Shown in pieces: positions 11,994 through 24,015 of a DNA stretch of 64,000 nt (within the stretch, counting starts at the first letter, position 1; each line of letters opens with the position of its first letter). The stretch spans positions 41,081-105,080 of the forward strand of contig CALMTC010000016.1 in assembly GCA_937872535.1 (NCBI GenBank), read 5' to 3'. A program made the position numbers and the translations under genes. The stretch is from an uncultured bacterium. GTDB taxonomy: Bacteria > Patescibacteriota > Gracilibacteria > Absconditabacterales > Absconditicoccaceae. The notes beneath the pieces are model-generated. The model was not told the DNA's origin. It worked only from the letters and a program-made list of their open reading frames with translations, and searched no databases.

Positions 11994-14333
11994 ATGACCG
12001 ATCCATTTTTCTTGAAAAAAACTGAAAATTCTGCTCAAAACCAGCTTCCTTGAAAGCAAATTTCTTCAGAATCGTCTTCTCAACAACCAATTGTTCAATC
12101 TGTATCTTCTCCAGGTCCTACTTCTCCAGTGAAGATTGATATGAAAGTAAAGCAGTGAAATAGAGTGAGTTTCAGATGATTTTTGATTTGATGTGGAATT
12201 TTTATGATTTTGTTTGTTGGTTTGATAGCTTTTTGACTTTATTATTTTGCCCTGAATCCTCAAAGTGGTGCTCAATTTTGATTGAGTGCTGCTACCATTA
12301 AAAATCTTTTGACACTATTTGCTCTTTTATTTTTTGGCTTCGTTTTTTTTATTGGTTTTTGATATTCGATTGTTAACGGTTATAGACTGATGACAGTTAA
12401 GGAATGAGCAAAAGGCGCTTTTATATTAGGGCTTATTTTTGGTGTTTTTCTTCTTCTTTTTTCTTTGTGAGCAGGCGTACCGGCTTTGACTAGAATATCG
12501 TCTATAGAAGTGGCTGACCCTACTGTGGCTGCTGGTAGAATTTTGTTGCCTTATTATCAATTAGCTGATGGTAGAGAGGTTTGAATTGATGATCCTAATT
12601 TGAAGAAAATTGCACCAGCTATTATCGTTTTTAAGATGGGGAAAAACTCTTTGAGACAGCTGACTAATCAATTTCCTAGCTTACAAACTGCTGTTTTAAA
12701 CTGTGGAAATGGTCAAACTTTTGATCTTGGTGAATCTGATCCTGCTTGTTTTTTTACTGAAAAGAAAGCTTATCCTTTGACATTAGAGGTTGGTTATCTA
12801 GATGCTAATAGTCGTTCTGTTAAACAAACTCTAGATTTGGGACCACTTAGCTTTGATGCTCAGCTTGATGTTTCGTTGGCAAATGGAGTTCTCTCGCTCA
12901 ATGATAGTAAGTCTGAATTGGTGGCTGGTTTCAATCCTTCTAAAGTGCTTATCAGTGCTCAAAGACTTTTTTCTGATTTACAATTGGCTACCATCTTGGT
13001 AGATTGGGATACTAATGGTGATTTACAGTCTGATTTCACTAATGAAGCTTCTGTACAAGCTGTTTTTAATCAACCAGGACTTCAATTTATTACTTACTCT
13101 TTTCCGGCGCTTGGTAATTATCGTTATGTTCTACCTCTGAGAATCAAACAGTCTGAAAGTCCAGTTTGTTCCATAGATGTTAAAGAGTGAGATCTTAATA
13201 AATATCAATTTTCTACTCTTTTTGAAGATAGTGGCGCTGTTATTAAAGAGTTTTCGTTTGAAATAATCAATGCTAGCAATGGTAAGTCAGTTGCGAGTCA
13301 AAAAACTCGTTTGTCTACTTTTGACTATTCTTTTAAGGATCTTGGTAGTTATTTTGTAAGAGTGAGTTTTCTGACGGACACAGCTAAACAATGAGGCTGT
13401 GAAAGCCAACCTTTTGATGTTGGTAGCAGCTCATTTAATTTAATCTATCGTCTTTTGTATAGAGCTCCACAATCGTCTGTATTTCAAAAATTTTCTTTAT
13501 CTGGTCGTTATAATGCTACAGGAGACTATTATGTTATTCCTGAACTTCCTACCACACTTCAATTTGTCATTGATAAGATTTTGCCAGAAAATTCTACTGA
13601 CAGTGTCAAAGTTTTTCTTAATGATCAACAACTTTTGTCATCAGATGGAAAAACTTTTGAATTTGTCATTAGTAAGGATTCTATAGAACCTTATCGTCTT
13701 GTAACTCAGTTTGTCGATCAGCAGGGTAATACTTTTGATAAAAATATTGTTGTTTCTGTGAAACAACAACCAATTGTTGGTATTATAAAAGTTGATCCTA
13801 GTTATGTTGGAACTGATCCATTTGAGGTTCATTTTGATGCGTCAAGTACTAGATTGGCTGATGAAACTGATGAAATCGTGTTTTTCACTCGAAATTTTGG
13901 TGATGGTGAGGTAGCTAAAAATGTGAGTAAGTGACAAATTTCTCATACTTATGTTTTTGATAATCTTAAAGAATCTGGCAGTTATCATCCTGAAGTGACT
14001 ATAAAAACCAGAAAATGATTAACTGGAAGCTTTTTTACTGAACAACCTATTTCAGTTAAAAGGGCTGAGAGACCTGTGAAAATTCTTATGCAATCTCATC
14101 CAGCTCAGGTGGCTTTAGCTGGTGAAAGAGTCCAGTTTGGTCTTGAAGTGAATGGGCCTATTAGCACAATCATTTGGAACTTTTGAGATGGTCAATCTCA
14201 AGAATGTGAGGGTAGAAGCTGTATTGAAATGACTAAGATTTATGATCAACCTGGTACTTATACTATTAAAGTGACCGTAAAATTTGAAGATAGTCCGTCT
14301 GTGGAACAAGTTGTGAAATTACAGGTAAGATAG
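11994..14333 (+). CDS. membrane-anchored surface protein with PKD domains
   Basis: Stitches 12600-13190 and 13455-13934 in frame 0, giving 779 aa. There are N-terminal TM segments. PKD signatures are (W)NFGDGE...SHTY (13890-) and IIWNFGDGQS...YDQPGTYTIKVTV. Stop is TAG 14331-14333. Confidence 0.7.
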
Positions 14334-14387
14334 GACTTGACATTCTTGATATTTTTCTTATGAATCTGGGACACAAATAAAAAAAAT

Positions 14388-14696
14388 ATGGGGAAATTAG
14401 TCTTGTTTTTGGTACTGCCATTATCCTTTTGGCTGGTGCGAGATCTTTTAAAAGAAGATGACATATCTCATAACAGAGCTTATCAGTATCGGGAGCTTGA
14501 TTCACTTGCTCTTGAGCTTGATAAGCTTGAAAAAAAAATGAATAATAATAGGGAAAGATCGAGAGATCTTGCTGAAGTTATTATTCAGAGTCGATTTTTA
14601 GAGATCGACTTGCATTGCAGTCAAGAAGCTGTTGCTTCTTTAGAAAAAAAACAGGTTTTGACTGAGATTAATGCATGTATTGCATTGCTGGACTAG
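14388..14696 (+). CDS. small membrane-anchored coiled-coil protein, hypothetical
   Basis: Intact track ORF with no internal TGA and a TAG stop. Hydrophobic N-terminus. A terminator follows. Confidence 0.5.
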   Translation: MGKLVLFLVLPLSFWLVRDLLKEDDISHNRAYQYRELDSLALELDKLEKKMNNNRERSRDLAEVIIQSRFLEIDLHCSQEAVASLEKKQVLTEINACIALLD

Positions 14697-14728
14697 GCCT
14701 ACGCTAGCTGATTTTATTTTTGCTCTGA

Positions 14729-14768
14729 TTCCAGAAGGTTTCCTTCTGGAATTTTTATTTTTTTTCAC
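14729..14768 (+). terminator. intrinsic terminator
   Basis: Perfect stem TTCCAGAAGG / CCTTCTGGAA with loop TTTC, followed by a T-run. Confidence 0.7.
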
Positions 14769-14821
14769 TATTCTCAGCGTGTTTCTTACTTTAAAAATTT
14801 TATTTCTGGTTTTTTTGTAGA

Positions 14822-15733
14822 ATGATTATCGGAAATGAGCCTGTTACAAAATCTTTTTCTCACTTGATGAACAGGTATCGTGAAACTGGATTAGTATCTT
14901 TCCCCTTTATTTTAGTAGAAGGGCCAGAACATACTGGGAAAAGTACAATGATTGTGGAAACTATTGAAGAATTTCTTGGAAGTTACCAGAAAAATGATTT
15001 TTTATGGATAAAAGATTGTAGTGATTTTATAGATAGTGGAAAACACCCGTTGAGGGTAACAATTTCTAGCTCTGATAAGGATAGGATAATTAAAATTTCT
15101 AAGACGGAGAGCTATGAAAATCTGGATACCAGGGAGATGATTAGCTGGCTCAGTGTCGCTCCTGTTGGTAAATTTAAGGTGATTTTTCTAGAAAATATTG
15201 AACGTATGACTGTAGCAGCTCAGAATTCTTTTCTTAAGACTTTTGAAGAACCACTACCAGGAAGAATTATCGTGGCAAGCTGTGGCAATAAAAGTGCGTT
15301 ACTTGAGACTATTTTGTCGAGGGCTTTTGTTCTTACTACTCAATTACTAGACTCTGACAGTATGGAAAAATTTGCTCGCTCTCTTGGTGGTGATTTTTCT
15401 GAAGAATATCGTGATTCTGCCCTGGTTTTTGCTAGGGGCAGACCTGGTTATCTTAAGAGGATTTTTGATAATTTTGAGACTTTTGAGCGTGTTTTTCAGA
15501 TTTATCTGGAGTACAAAAAGATTTTTAATAATCCAAGAGAGTATACAAAAAAAAATTCTCTTCTGCAAGAGGTTGTTAAACTCTGACAAATCCAAGAATT
15601 TTTTTATGCTTTGATTTATGATTTTTCTCGTGAAAATAGATCTGATTTGGTTGCTCAATATCTTTCTTATGCTGCTCGTTTTGATCAAAATGTGAAGCCA
15701 GATAGTATTGTTTTTGAATCGATTTTGTGATAA
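14822..15733 (+). CDS. holB: DNA polymerase III delta-prime subunit (HolB-like)
   Basis: Track ORF 14822-15586 extends through TGA to TAA 15731-15733. Motifs: EGPEHTGKST, FLENIERMTVAAQNSFLKTFEEP, TILSRA. Confidence 0.75.
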
Positions 15734-15762
15734 GTTTGTTTTCTTACCAGAAATAGAATTTT

Positions 15763-16617
15763 TTATAGTTTTTCAATCATGGAAGAGATTATTTCATTCA
15801 TGATTTTTGGATTTGTCAGCATATTTTTTCAGTCTCAATGAATAATTCCGTATTGAGTTTCGTTGATAGTCCCATTGTTGATCACTGGTAAACCTGTCGA
15901 GTTTTCTATTTCTCCAAAAATTGGTTTTGGCGAATTTTTTTTGGTATTTGCGATGACAAAAGTACGGCCATTGTGATTCACTGCAAAAGTATGTTTTTTT
16001 ATTCTGCTTTGGGCTAAAAGTTTTTCGATTATTTTTTCATAAAAAACTTTCATGATTTCATGTTGTTTTCCGTAGAGTAGTGGGGAGGTGAAAATTTCAT
16101 CTCGATTTTCTGTTGGTTTTGCTGGTATAGTAAATCAGTCTGCTAATTCTATAAGAAGCTCGCCATTTTTATAATAGCAATTTATATTGTCTTGTTTAAA
16201 ATCAAAGTCGAATTCATCTTTTTTATATCTTCGTTTACTGAGTAGAGAACTTCTTGGTTTTGGGAGTTTTTGATTTTCTATTCCTTCTATAAAATCTGTG
16301 TTTTGTTCTTTCATAATTGAGTTGAAGGCATCTGATAATAAAGGTAGTCCTTTTGTGATGCTTTGTATGTTTTCATATTTCCCTGTTTTCTTGAGAGTGT
16401 TTTCATTGAATGATTCTCATTTGTGTTTTACAATGAGCTCATCATTTCCACTGATAGTTATAGAAGAGTCTCAAACTCTCATTTCTCCTGTTTTTTCAAT
16501 TTGTTTTTTTATCAAAATTTTATAGAGATCTATTACACAGTGTGTCAAAATAATTTGATTTTTAGCTTTATCTTTTGTAGGTTCTTGTTTTAGAATTGCT
16601 TCTATAATACCTAACAA
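15763..16617 (-). CDS. orphan protein B5 (last gene of the minus-strand orphan operon)
   Basis: The frame is open from 16707 to TAA 15763-15765 and contains track ORF 15835-16053. There is no in-frame ATG near the 5' end. I chose TTG 16617, which is preceded by AAGGAAGA. The start is uncertain. Confidence 0.4.
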
Positions 16618-16710
16618 TCATCTTCCTTGAGAAGAAATTTTTGGCAGAATAGTATTTTCACTTCATGAAATTTTTATTTCTGCTGTCATCGTGTCGAGAG
16701 AATGGATTAC

Positions 16711-18561
16711 TAGTCCTGTAGATATATTGATTTTTGAGTTGTCAGGAAGTTCTATTTCTTTATTTATCAGAGGATTTTTCTCATTATCTAGTCCTTCGAA
16801 AAAACTCATATAATTATTGTCAGTTATGTTTTTCATTACAAGTTTTTGAGCTTGTTGGTTTTGGGTATCTTTCCAGTATGATTTTAATTTTTCATACTGA
16901 TTTCATCTTATTTTCATAGTTGGTCTTTCGAGTGAACCAAAGTAGTTATCACTATTTACTTGAAGATTTGTTAAGAGAGGACTGATAAAATTATTTAGTA
17001 CACTTGAGGCTCTATTTCTATTTCTTTCTTCTGGAGTAATTTCTGCTCAGACTAATACTCCGTTGATGATTTGAGTTATTGCGGCATCTTTGGAAGATAA
17101 TTTTTCTTGAATTTTTGCTTTGAGTAGATTTTCAGCTTTTGAGAAAAATCAATTTGTATTATCTCATCTTAACTCATTTTGTATGTGTTTTTTGAAATCT
17201 TCGTCATTCCCGTTAAAATTTTTTATTTCTAAAAATGATCAGGCTATTAAACAATCGCTTTGTAGGTTTATTGCTTGGTAGCTGATTGGATTGTATTCAT
17301 TATTTATTATTTCTGCTTTGAGAGCATCTTTAGTTTGTTGAGAAAGAGCTATATAGGGAGGTTTTTTTGAGTTTATTGTATTTTCAAGCAATTCGTCGAG
17401 CAAAGCAATGTGTTTATTATCATAAACTGTTTTTGCACTGGTTTCGATCTGTGATTGAAATGAACTTATGATTGCAGTCTGATTTGAACTTACGAGAACT
17501 GGTTTGTTGATTGTAATTTTTATTTTTTTTGATGCTTTTATTTTTATATCTCTTTTTCAGTTAGAACTTTTTATCTCTTGTGTGGCAGAAATCTGAAGAT
17601 TGATTGTTTGTGGTAGAGTAGCTGTTTTACCAGTTGTTTGATTAATTAGTTCGATGTTATTTGTAGAAAGTTCTCCTGTAGTGGAATTTATTTCTAGACC
17701 TTTTATCGTTATCGTTTCTCCAGAATCTGTCAAAATATCTTTAATCTCAGCTCATGAAACTGATTTATCTTTTTCTGTCATTATGCTGTAGTTTCGAGAA
17801 CCACTTGGTATTTGTTTGAAAAGTAAATTTTCTGCTTTTAATAAGCTTGGATTACTATTTTTTTCTTCTATATTTAAATCTCCAATTTTCTTAATGTGTT
17901 CTATCTCTTCAGCTATTTTATTGATTTTTTCGTAGTCTATTTTTAGCTCTTCTTGTTCAGTTTTTTTCTTGTTTAAATCAGTAATTGTATTTTCAATATT
18001 TTCAATTTCTTTTGGTAAAACTTCTGTTTCTTTTTCTCTTCTGTTTAGTTCATTTTCTCGTTTTGTGATTTCAGTATTAATATCTTTTAGTTTATTGGTT
18101 TCAAAAAAATAAATATTCTTTGTATTTTGATTGTTTGGACTTAAATTTCGATTGTTATATGCTGTTTCTACCTTATTTTTTTGAGTTTCTCATTCAGTTT
18201 TTTTGTTGTTGAGGTTTGTGTTTATTTCTTCTAAACTACCTGAAAGTGCAGGATTTGATTTGTCTTCAAGAGTTTTTAGTCTGTTTTCTTTTTTAATTTT
18301 TTCAGTTTCCAGATTTTTAATTTTTTCATCAATTTCTCATAGATGATCTTCTAGACTATCGTGAAGAAAATTTATTTCCCTTTTGGTATTTTTGAATGTA
18401 GCGTTATCTGAAATTCTTATTTCTTCAAGAGCAGAAAAGAGATCATCGAGTGTTTTGATGATTTGGCGACTTATTTTATGAGGTTTATTCACATCTTGAG
18501 TGAGTTCTGATATGTTTTTTTGTAACTCCAGAAGAGTTTCATTCGTTTTAATATTTCCCAT
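16711..18561 (-). CDS. orphan coiled-coil protein B4 (616 aa)
   Basis: From ATG 18561 (track ORF 18337-18561) I checked every in-frame TAA/TAG. The first is the tandem TAG TAA at 16713-16708. The protein is E/K/N-rich with heptad-like sequence and no recognisable domain. Confidence 0.6.
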
Positions 18562-18689
18562 TGGGATGCAGTAAAAATAAAGCTTTGCTTGATTATAAAA
18601 TAAAATACAAAAAAAAGCAAATTTCTATCACTTTTAGTGTAAAAAATGCTTTTAGAGTTGGCTTTATCTATTGAATTTTTGATAAATTT

Positions 18690-18992
18690 TTAGTCTTCGC
18701 TGATTGCTTTTAAGTAATTTTTTTCAAATTCATCAAGTGTTTCAAAGAGTATTTCGTCGAAATTTTCTACTGTGTCTTGTATATACTGGAAAATTTCGTC
18801 TGCAGAAGCTTCGCTATCAAATAAATGCTGACTAAACTGCTGATCTTCGGGACTCATCTCATTGACGGCATTGGTTAAGATAGTATCAATCAATACTGGT
18901 TTTATTTCTTCTGTTAATAAATCAAGATTGTCTTCGTCTCAAAAACCAGCTTTTTTAAGCAAATTTTGAATATATTGGTCAATGTCGTTCAT
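18690..18992 (-). CDS. small acidic orphan protein B3 (100 aa)
   Basis: ATG 18992-18990 overlaps the B2 stop (TAATG). It contains track ORF 18690-18893 and one internal TGA. The protein is D/E-rich. Confidence 0.55.
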
Positions 18993-20638
18993 TATTTTTC
19001 ACTAGATGGTAAAGATTTTTTTCGATTTTTATATATTGTTTCTAGTTTTTCTATGAGAAGTCCTGAGTTTGCTGTATTGATTTTTTCTTTATTGTTCATA
19101 GTTTTTATCAGATTTATAATTTTTTTATACTCATTTTCTTTTTCATTTGCAGAGAAAATTTCATCACCACCAAATCCATATATAATTCTGCTTATTATTG
19201 AGTCAAATGATCTAGTGTAATTTAATTCTCGTTTCATTCTTTCTTTGTTTTCTGCGAATTCTCTTATTTTCTTCTGTTTTTCTTCATCGATTGGAAGTAT
19301 CTTTTCTTTCCACTTTATTATTGTATTGAAATTTTTTTTAAATGATGAATCTGGTAAATTTTCCATTTCTGTTTTGAGATTTTTTCGTGTTTCTGGTTCT
19401 ATATAATTTCATCTTTGATGAGATACTATTTTCAAAGCTTCTTCATAATTTTCTAAACTCATATACTCTTGAAATTTCTTTTTGTATCACTCGTCGCTAA
19501 GTGTGCCCTCTAGAACTGCTATTTTTTCTCATAATCTGTGACTAGACAGATTTTTTTCTATTTTTTTGATGTTGTCTTTGAATGTGCTAAGGAGTATATT
19601 TTTATTGTTTTCTCATCATTTTTCTATGGCTATTGATAGTATTTTTTTTAATGAAACTGGAATTGTTTCTTTTTTTTGCTCTTCACCAAATACTCATTCT
19701 ATTATTTTAATTATTTGATTTTTATGTTTTATTGAGATTCTATCTTTATTGATTTCTTCACTTGAAAAATCTTCCACAAGTTCGTTTATTTTATTCATTG
19801 CTAGGAGGATTTTTTCATTATTATCTTTTTCTTCATCTTCTGAATTTTTAATTTTTTCTGACTTATTTTTACCGATTTCAATAGCTGAAGACTGCTTTTC
19901 TTCTTGATTTTGGCTCTTATCTCTGGAAGTTGCAGGGGAGTCAAATTCTAATTCTGCTTTTTCAATCACTTTCCATTTATCGCCTGCTTTCATTACTTTT
20001 CCTTTTTTGACTGTTCTTAATGGCGATGTTGTGGTTTGAATGTCTCCAGTATATTTGCATGCTGGATCTATATATTTATCGTAAGAAGAAACTACAATAT
20101 CGAGATTGTCGTTACCAGTAAATTCAAATATGCCTGTGTCGTCAGAAAGAATTGTGAATTGATACAGTGTATCTTGACTGTCTGTCGTTAGTTCAAATTC
20201 ACCATCAATATTTGGGAATGTTGCAAATTCAATTTTAATTTTTTCTGTATTTTTACTTACTTCTTCTGTAGTTTTCTCTTGTGCTGTTTTTTCTTCTTCG
20301 TGTGATGAAAAATTTTTTTCTGGTTTTTGTTCAACTTCTATCATGGGTCATTTTATTGACTTTATTTTCTCGCTTTCTTTTTCCAAAATAACTAATGCTC
20401 AGAGCATTTCTGTTTTACTTGGTAGATCAGAATTTTCGTAAAAATGTTTTTTTGATGAAATAATGTCATCAATATGTCTCAAAATCTTAGATTTTTCTTT
20501 TTCAGATAATGAAGTTAGTCACTCTTCTGTAATTTCAAGATTTTTTACTAATTCATCTGCAGTTTTTGAATTTTGTAGAATATTTATGTCTGCTTTTTCT
20601 CGTAAATTTGTGTGTGATAGATTTGAAATTTTTTTCAT
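18992..20638 (-). CDS. orphan protein B2 (548 aa)
   Basis: Track ORFs 19694-20344 and 18992-19366 are in the frame of ATG 20638 and separated only by TGA. I scanned for in-frame TAA/TAG and found none. Stop is TAA 18992-18994. Confidence 0.6.
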
Positions 20639-20731
20639 TTAATTGTTTTCCAGAATAAAACTTTTTTTGATTTATAGTGTAGATTGCCATACTGTTTTGT
20701 ACTAATCTTACGCGATGATGATTTTATAGGA

Positions 20732-23700
20732 TTATCTTTTTCTGAATGTGTTTGGAGTGGCATCAAATCCAATAAGTAGATTCGTATCTCAATTTTTGTA
20801 TGTTTTTGGTGGCTCGTAATTATTCGGAATTTGTTTTCATGGAATTATATTTTCTGGTGTAATTTCTTGCGATGTTTCTTTTACTTTGTCTATAAAAAGT
20901 TCAAAGAAATTGTTGCCGTGATTGCCATTTCTTCCAATAGAACAGAATGCGAACTCGGATACTTTTTTCTTGAGTTCGGGACTCATGGTACTGATAGTCT
21001 CTTGTATGTTTGTAGAATCTTTTAGTTTAATCAGTGCCTGAGCTACTGAGTGGCTATCCTCAGCAACTAGTATGTTTTTCCCAATTAAATATTTGATGGT
21101 AGCTTGAAATTTAACTGAATTTTCATCGAGTGGCATACCATGATCGAGAGCTATAGTGATAAGCTCCGATTTTCCATCTTCTGTTGCATTCAGAATGTAA
21201 GCCATAATCTCATTTTTTGCTTCATTTCCGATTTTTTGATTTTCAAAAATGTCTTTGGTTAATGTGCTCCAGAGCGTAGTTGATCAGTTAGATTTTGTTA
21301 TGTTGTCAGTGAATTTTTGGTATTTGTCTCAGAGGGTTTTTTGAAGATTTTCTTTTAGAGCTTGATCAATATCGTTAGCCATATATTCTTTTACTCATCA
21401 ATTTGTTTGAACTGGTATTTTTGGTAAAGATTGAATCGTTTCTGATGGGGTGTCTGTATCTCATCGTCGCTGTTGAAAAGCATGAAGTCAATCACTTAAT
21501 GAATCGATAATGTGTTTGCTTAGATATCCAGAAACTCAGTAAAGAGCTGTACTTCCTATTCCGTATTTTATTCCTTTGTTAATTTTTTCTTTTTTGAAGT
21601 TTTTGAAAGCTTCGTTGTAATTATTTTCTAATGTGTTTTTGATATTTTGATATTCATTTTTGTTTCTTATGTCATCTATTGAAATGTTACTTATTTTTGA
21701 GATTATTTTTATGTTTTGAAGTAAATCGTTATAATTTTTTTCGCTTTCTTGAGAAAAATTGTTTGCTAAGAGTGTTTGATTTTTTTCTTTTTTGAAGTCT
21801 ATGCGAACGAGACCTTGAATTGCTGAAGATAATAAATCTGGTAACTCAATAGCTAATTTATTTGAATCTGTGAAATCTAAGTTTTTTATTTTTCATTCTA
21901 TTTCTTTATTGAGAGATTCAATGGAAATAAAATCTCATAGAGATATTGTTTTTTGATAAGCTTCTACTTCTCTTGTTTCTCTTCGTTTTTTTCGACTTGT
22001 ATATTTTTCTAGAAATTTATAATTTTCTACTTTTTTTGATAGTGTTTCCATTTTTCTTTTTTGTTTTGAAAAGTCTCTTAATAGTTCTTGTTCTGAAAAA
22101 TTATGTTCTTTTGTATAATGGAGTTGTTTTTTTAATGAGTTTCTCACGCCAATAATTGCTGATCAAAGTCAAAGTCAAACTCAAGCGCTACCAGAAATCA
22201 TCGCTGTTCCAGTCGCTAATCAACCCATTCCAGCATACATTCATGCTTGGATATATCGAGGATAGCTATCGATTTTTTTCATAATATCATACAGATTTTT
22301 TGAGCCGAAAATCTTTTCTTTTTCTGAATTGCTATTTGTTAAAGATCCTTTTCAACCTCAAAGTGTTCTTAATTTTACTGTGATGTTTTGAGCTTGAATT
22401 TTTTCTAGTGCTGATTTGTGAGCAATTACTTTATCAAGGAGCTTTGCATCATTGAAATTGAGTTTTAATTCAGATAGAAATCATGGCAATTGTTTATAAG
22501 TGGAAGTAAATTTTTGGATTTCTTTTTGAATTTCTTGATTGAAATTATTGATTATAGTTTCTGATGGAGTAGTCAGAGTATGAAAATTTTTTACTTTTTG
22601 ATTTATGTTTTCTATTAATTTTAAATGAGCTTTTTCTATTTTTATTGTTTCTAAAAGATTTGAACCATAGGTTTTTTCAAAATTTGCTGGGAGCTCATGA
22701 TATAGTTTTGAAGTCGGATCTTTTGCTATTTTGCTTATTTGATTTTTGAAAATCTCTTCAGGTGCCGCTTCATTACTAAAAATTCCTGTTTCGTGAATAA
22801 AATCATTACAAAGACTTTCTACTGCTGAATCTTTGAATGTGTTTTCTTCTGAAAAAAGAGCTAAATTTTCTTGAAATTCCTCGTGATGGCGATTCGCTAC
22901 TAATGCAGATTCTTTATCTGTCATAGATTTTTTTGCTAAAATTTTCTTCTTCTCTTGATCTATGATTTTTCATCTCATAAAAAATATTCAGATTTTTTCT
23001 AATGATCGACCTTTAATCCTGCTATATTTCTGAGCTAATTCTTTTTCTGCTTCGAATTGAGCTTGTTGTTCATTGATCTCTTTGATCTCCGAAAATGTGG
23101 CTGAAATTTCTCTGGTGCTTGATGGAGCTGGATTTCATGATGAAACTGGTGATACTACTGGAGCTGTGACGCTTGGAGTAGTTGGAACTGCAATAAATCG
23201 ATCTGAAAAATCTACCATTGTGGTTAAATTGATTCCATTTCTTGAATTTCAGTTTTTGTCTTTTGCTAATTCTGTGATGATATTGCAAAGATTTAGTATC
23301 CATTCTTTGATATCGTTTGATGGAAATGAATCGTACATTTTTTTTAAAGCTAGCAGTCATTCTTTCGGGTCATTGATGATGGTTTCTATTATTACTTTTG
23401 TGTCTTCATCATTCATTTCTGTGATGGTTTCTGCTGATATTTTTTTTATTCAAGCTCATCAGTTGGATTGGGCTTTAGCTTGTTCTATAATGCTTTTTCC
23501 AATATTTTTAAATAAATTTTTTCATTCTGGTGTTTGCTCAATTTCTGTTTTTGGAGTTGCTGTAGGTGAGATTTTTCCTGGAGTTCTCATATTTTCAATA
23601 ATTGTACTTAGATTTTTGATCTGCAAAGTCACTGGATTTGATAAGTCGTTTGGATTGCGTGGAGGAACTGGATTATCCTCTTCTAGATCATCGATTCTAT

Positions 23701-23848
23701 CTTGAATGTAATCGATGGCTGAGTTTTTTTCTGTCGAAAAAGCGTCAATGATTGAAGATTTTGCATTGTCTGTAATTTTTGCATAATTTGAAACTATATG
23801 TGATAAATGCTCTTTAAATTCTCATTTATTCACTGCTATGTTTGCCAT
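20732..23848 (-). CDS. orphan membrane protein B1 (1038 aa) with glycine-zipper hairpin
   Basis: Track ORFs 22481-22924, 21935-22147 and 20837-21205 all share the frame of ATG 23848. A scan for in-frame TAA/TAG found the first at 20732-20734. A Gly-rich TM hairpin, GMGGLATGTAMISGSAGVGLGLGSAIIG, is encoded at 22148-22250. Confidence 0.65.
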
Positions 23849-24015
23849 TTTTATATACTTCAGAATAAAAATATTTTTAGAAAATTTCTGAAAGTATGAT
23901 TAAAAAATTTTTTTTGTCAAAAAATGAGACTGATTTTTTTTAATTTTTTGCCTTTTTTTATTCTTATTTAGATCTTCAAAATTTGACAGATTTTTTGAAA
24001 TGATTACTGTTTGGT

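Noticed and set aside
23073-23705. 210-aa plus-strand track ORF
   Set aside because: It lies entirely inside, and antisense to, the 1038-codon B1 frame, which is continuous with three other fragments. Its sequence is hydrophobic junk typical of the antisense of E/K-rich genes.
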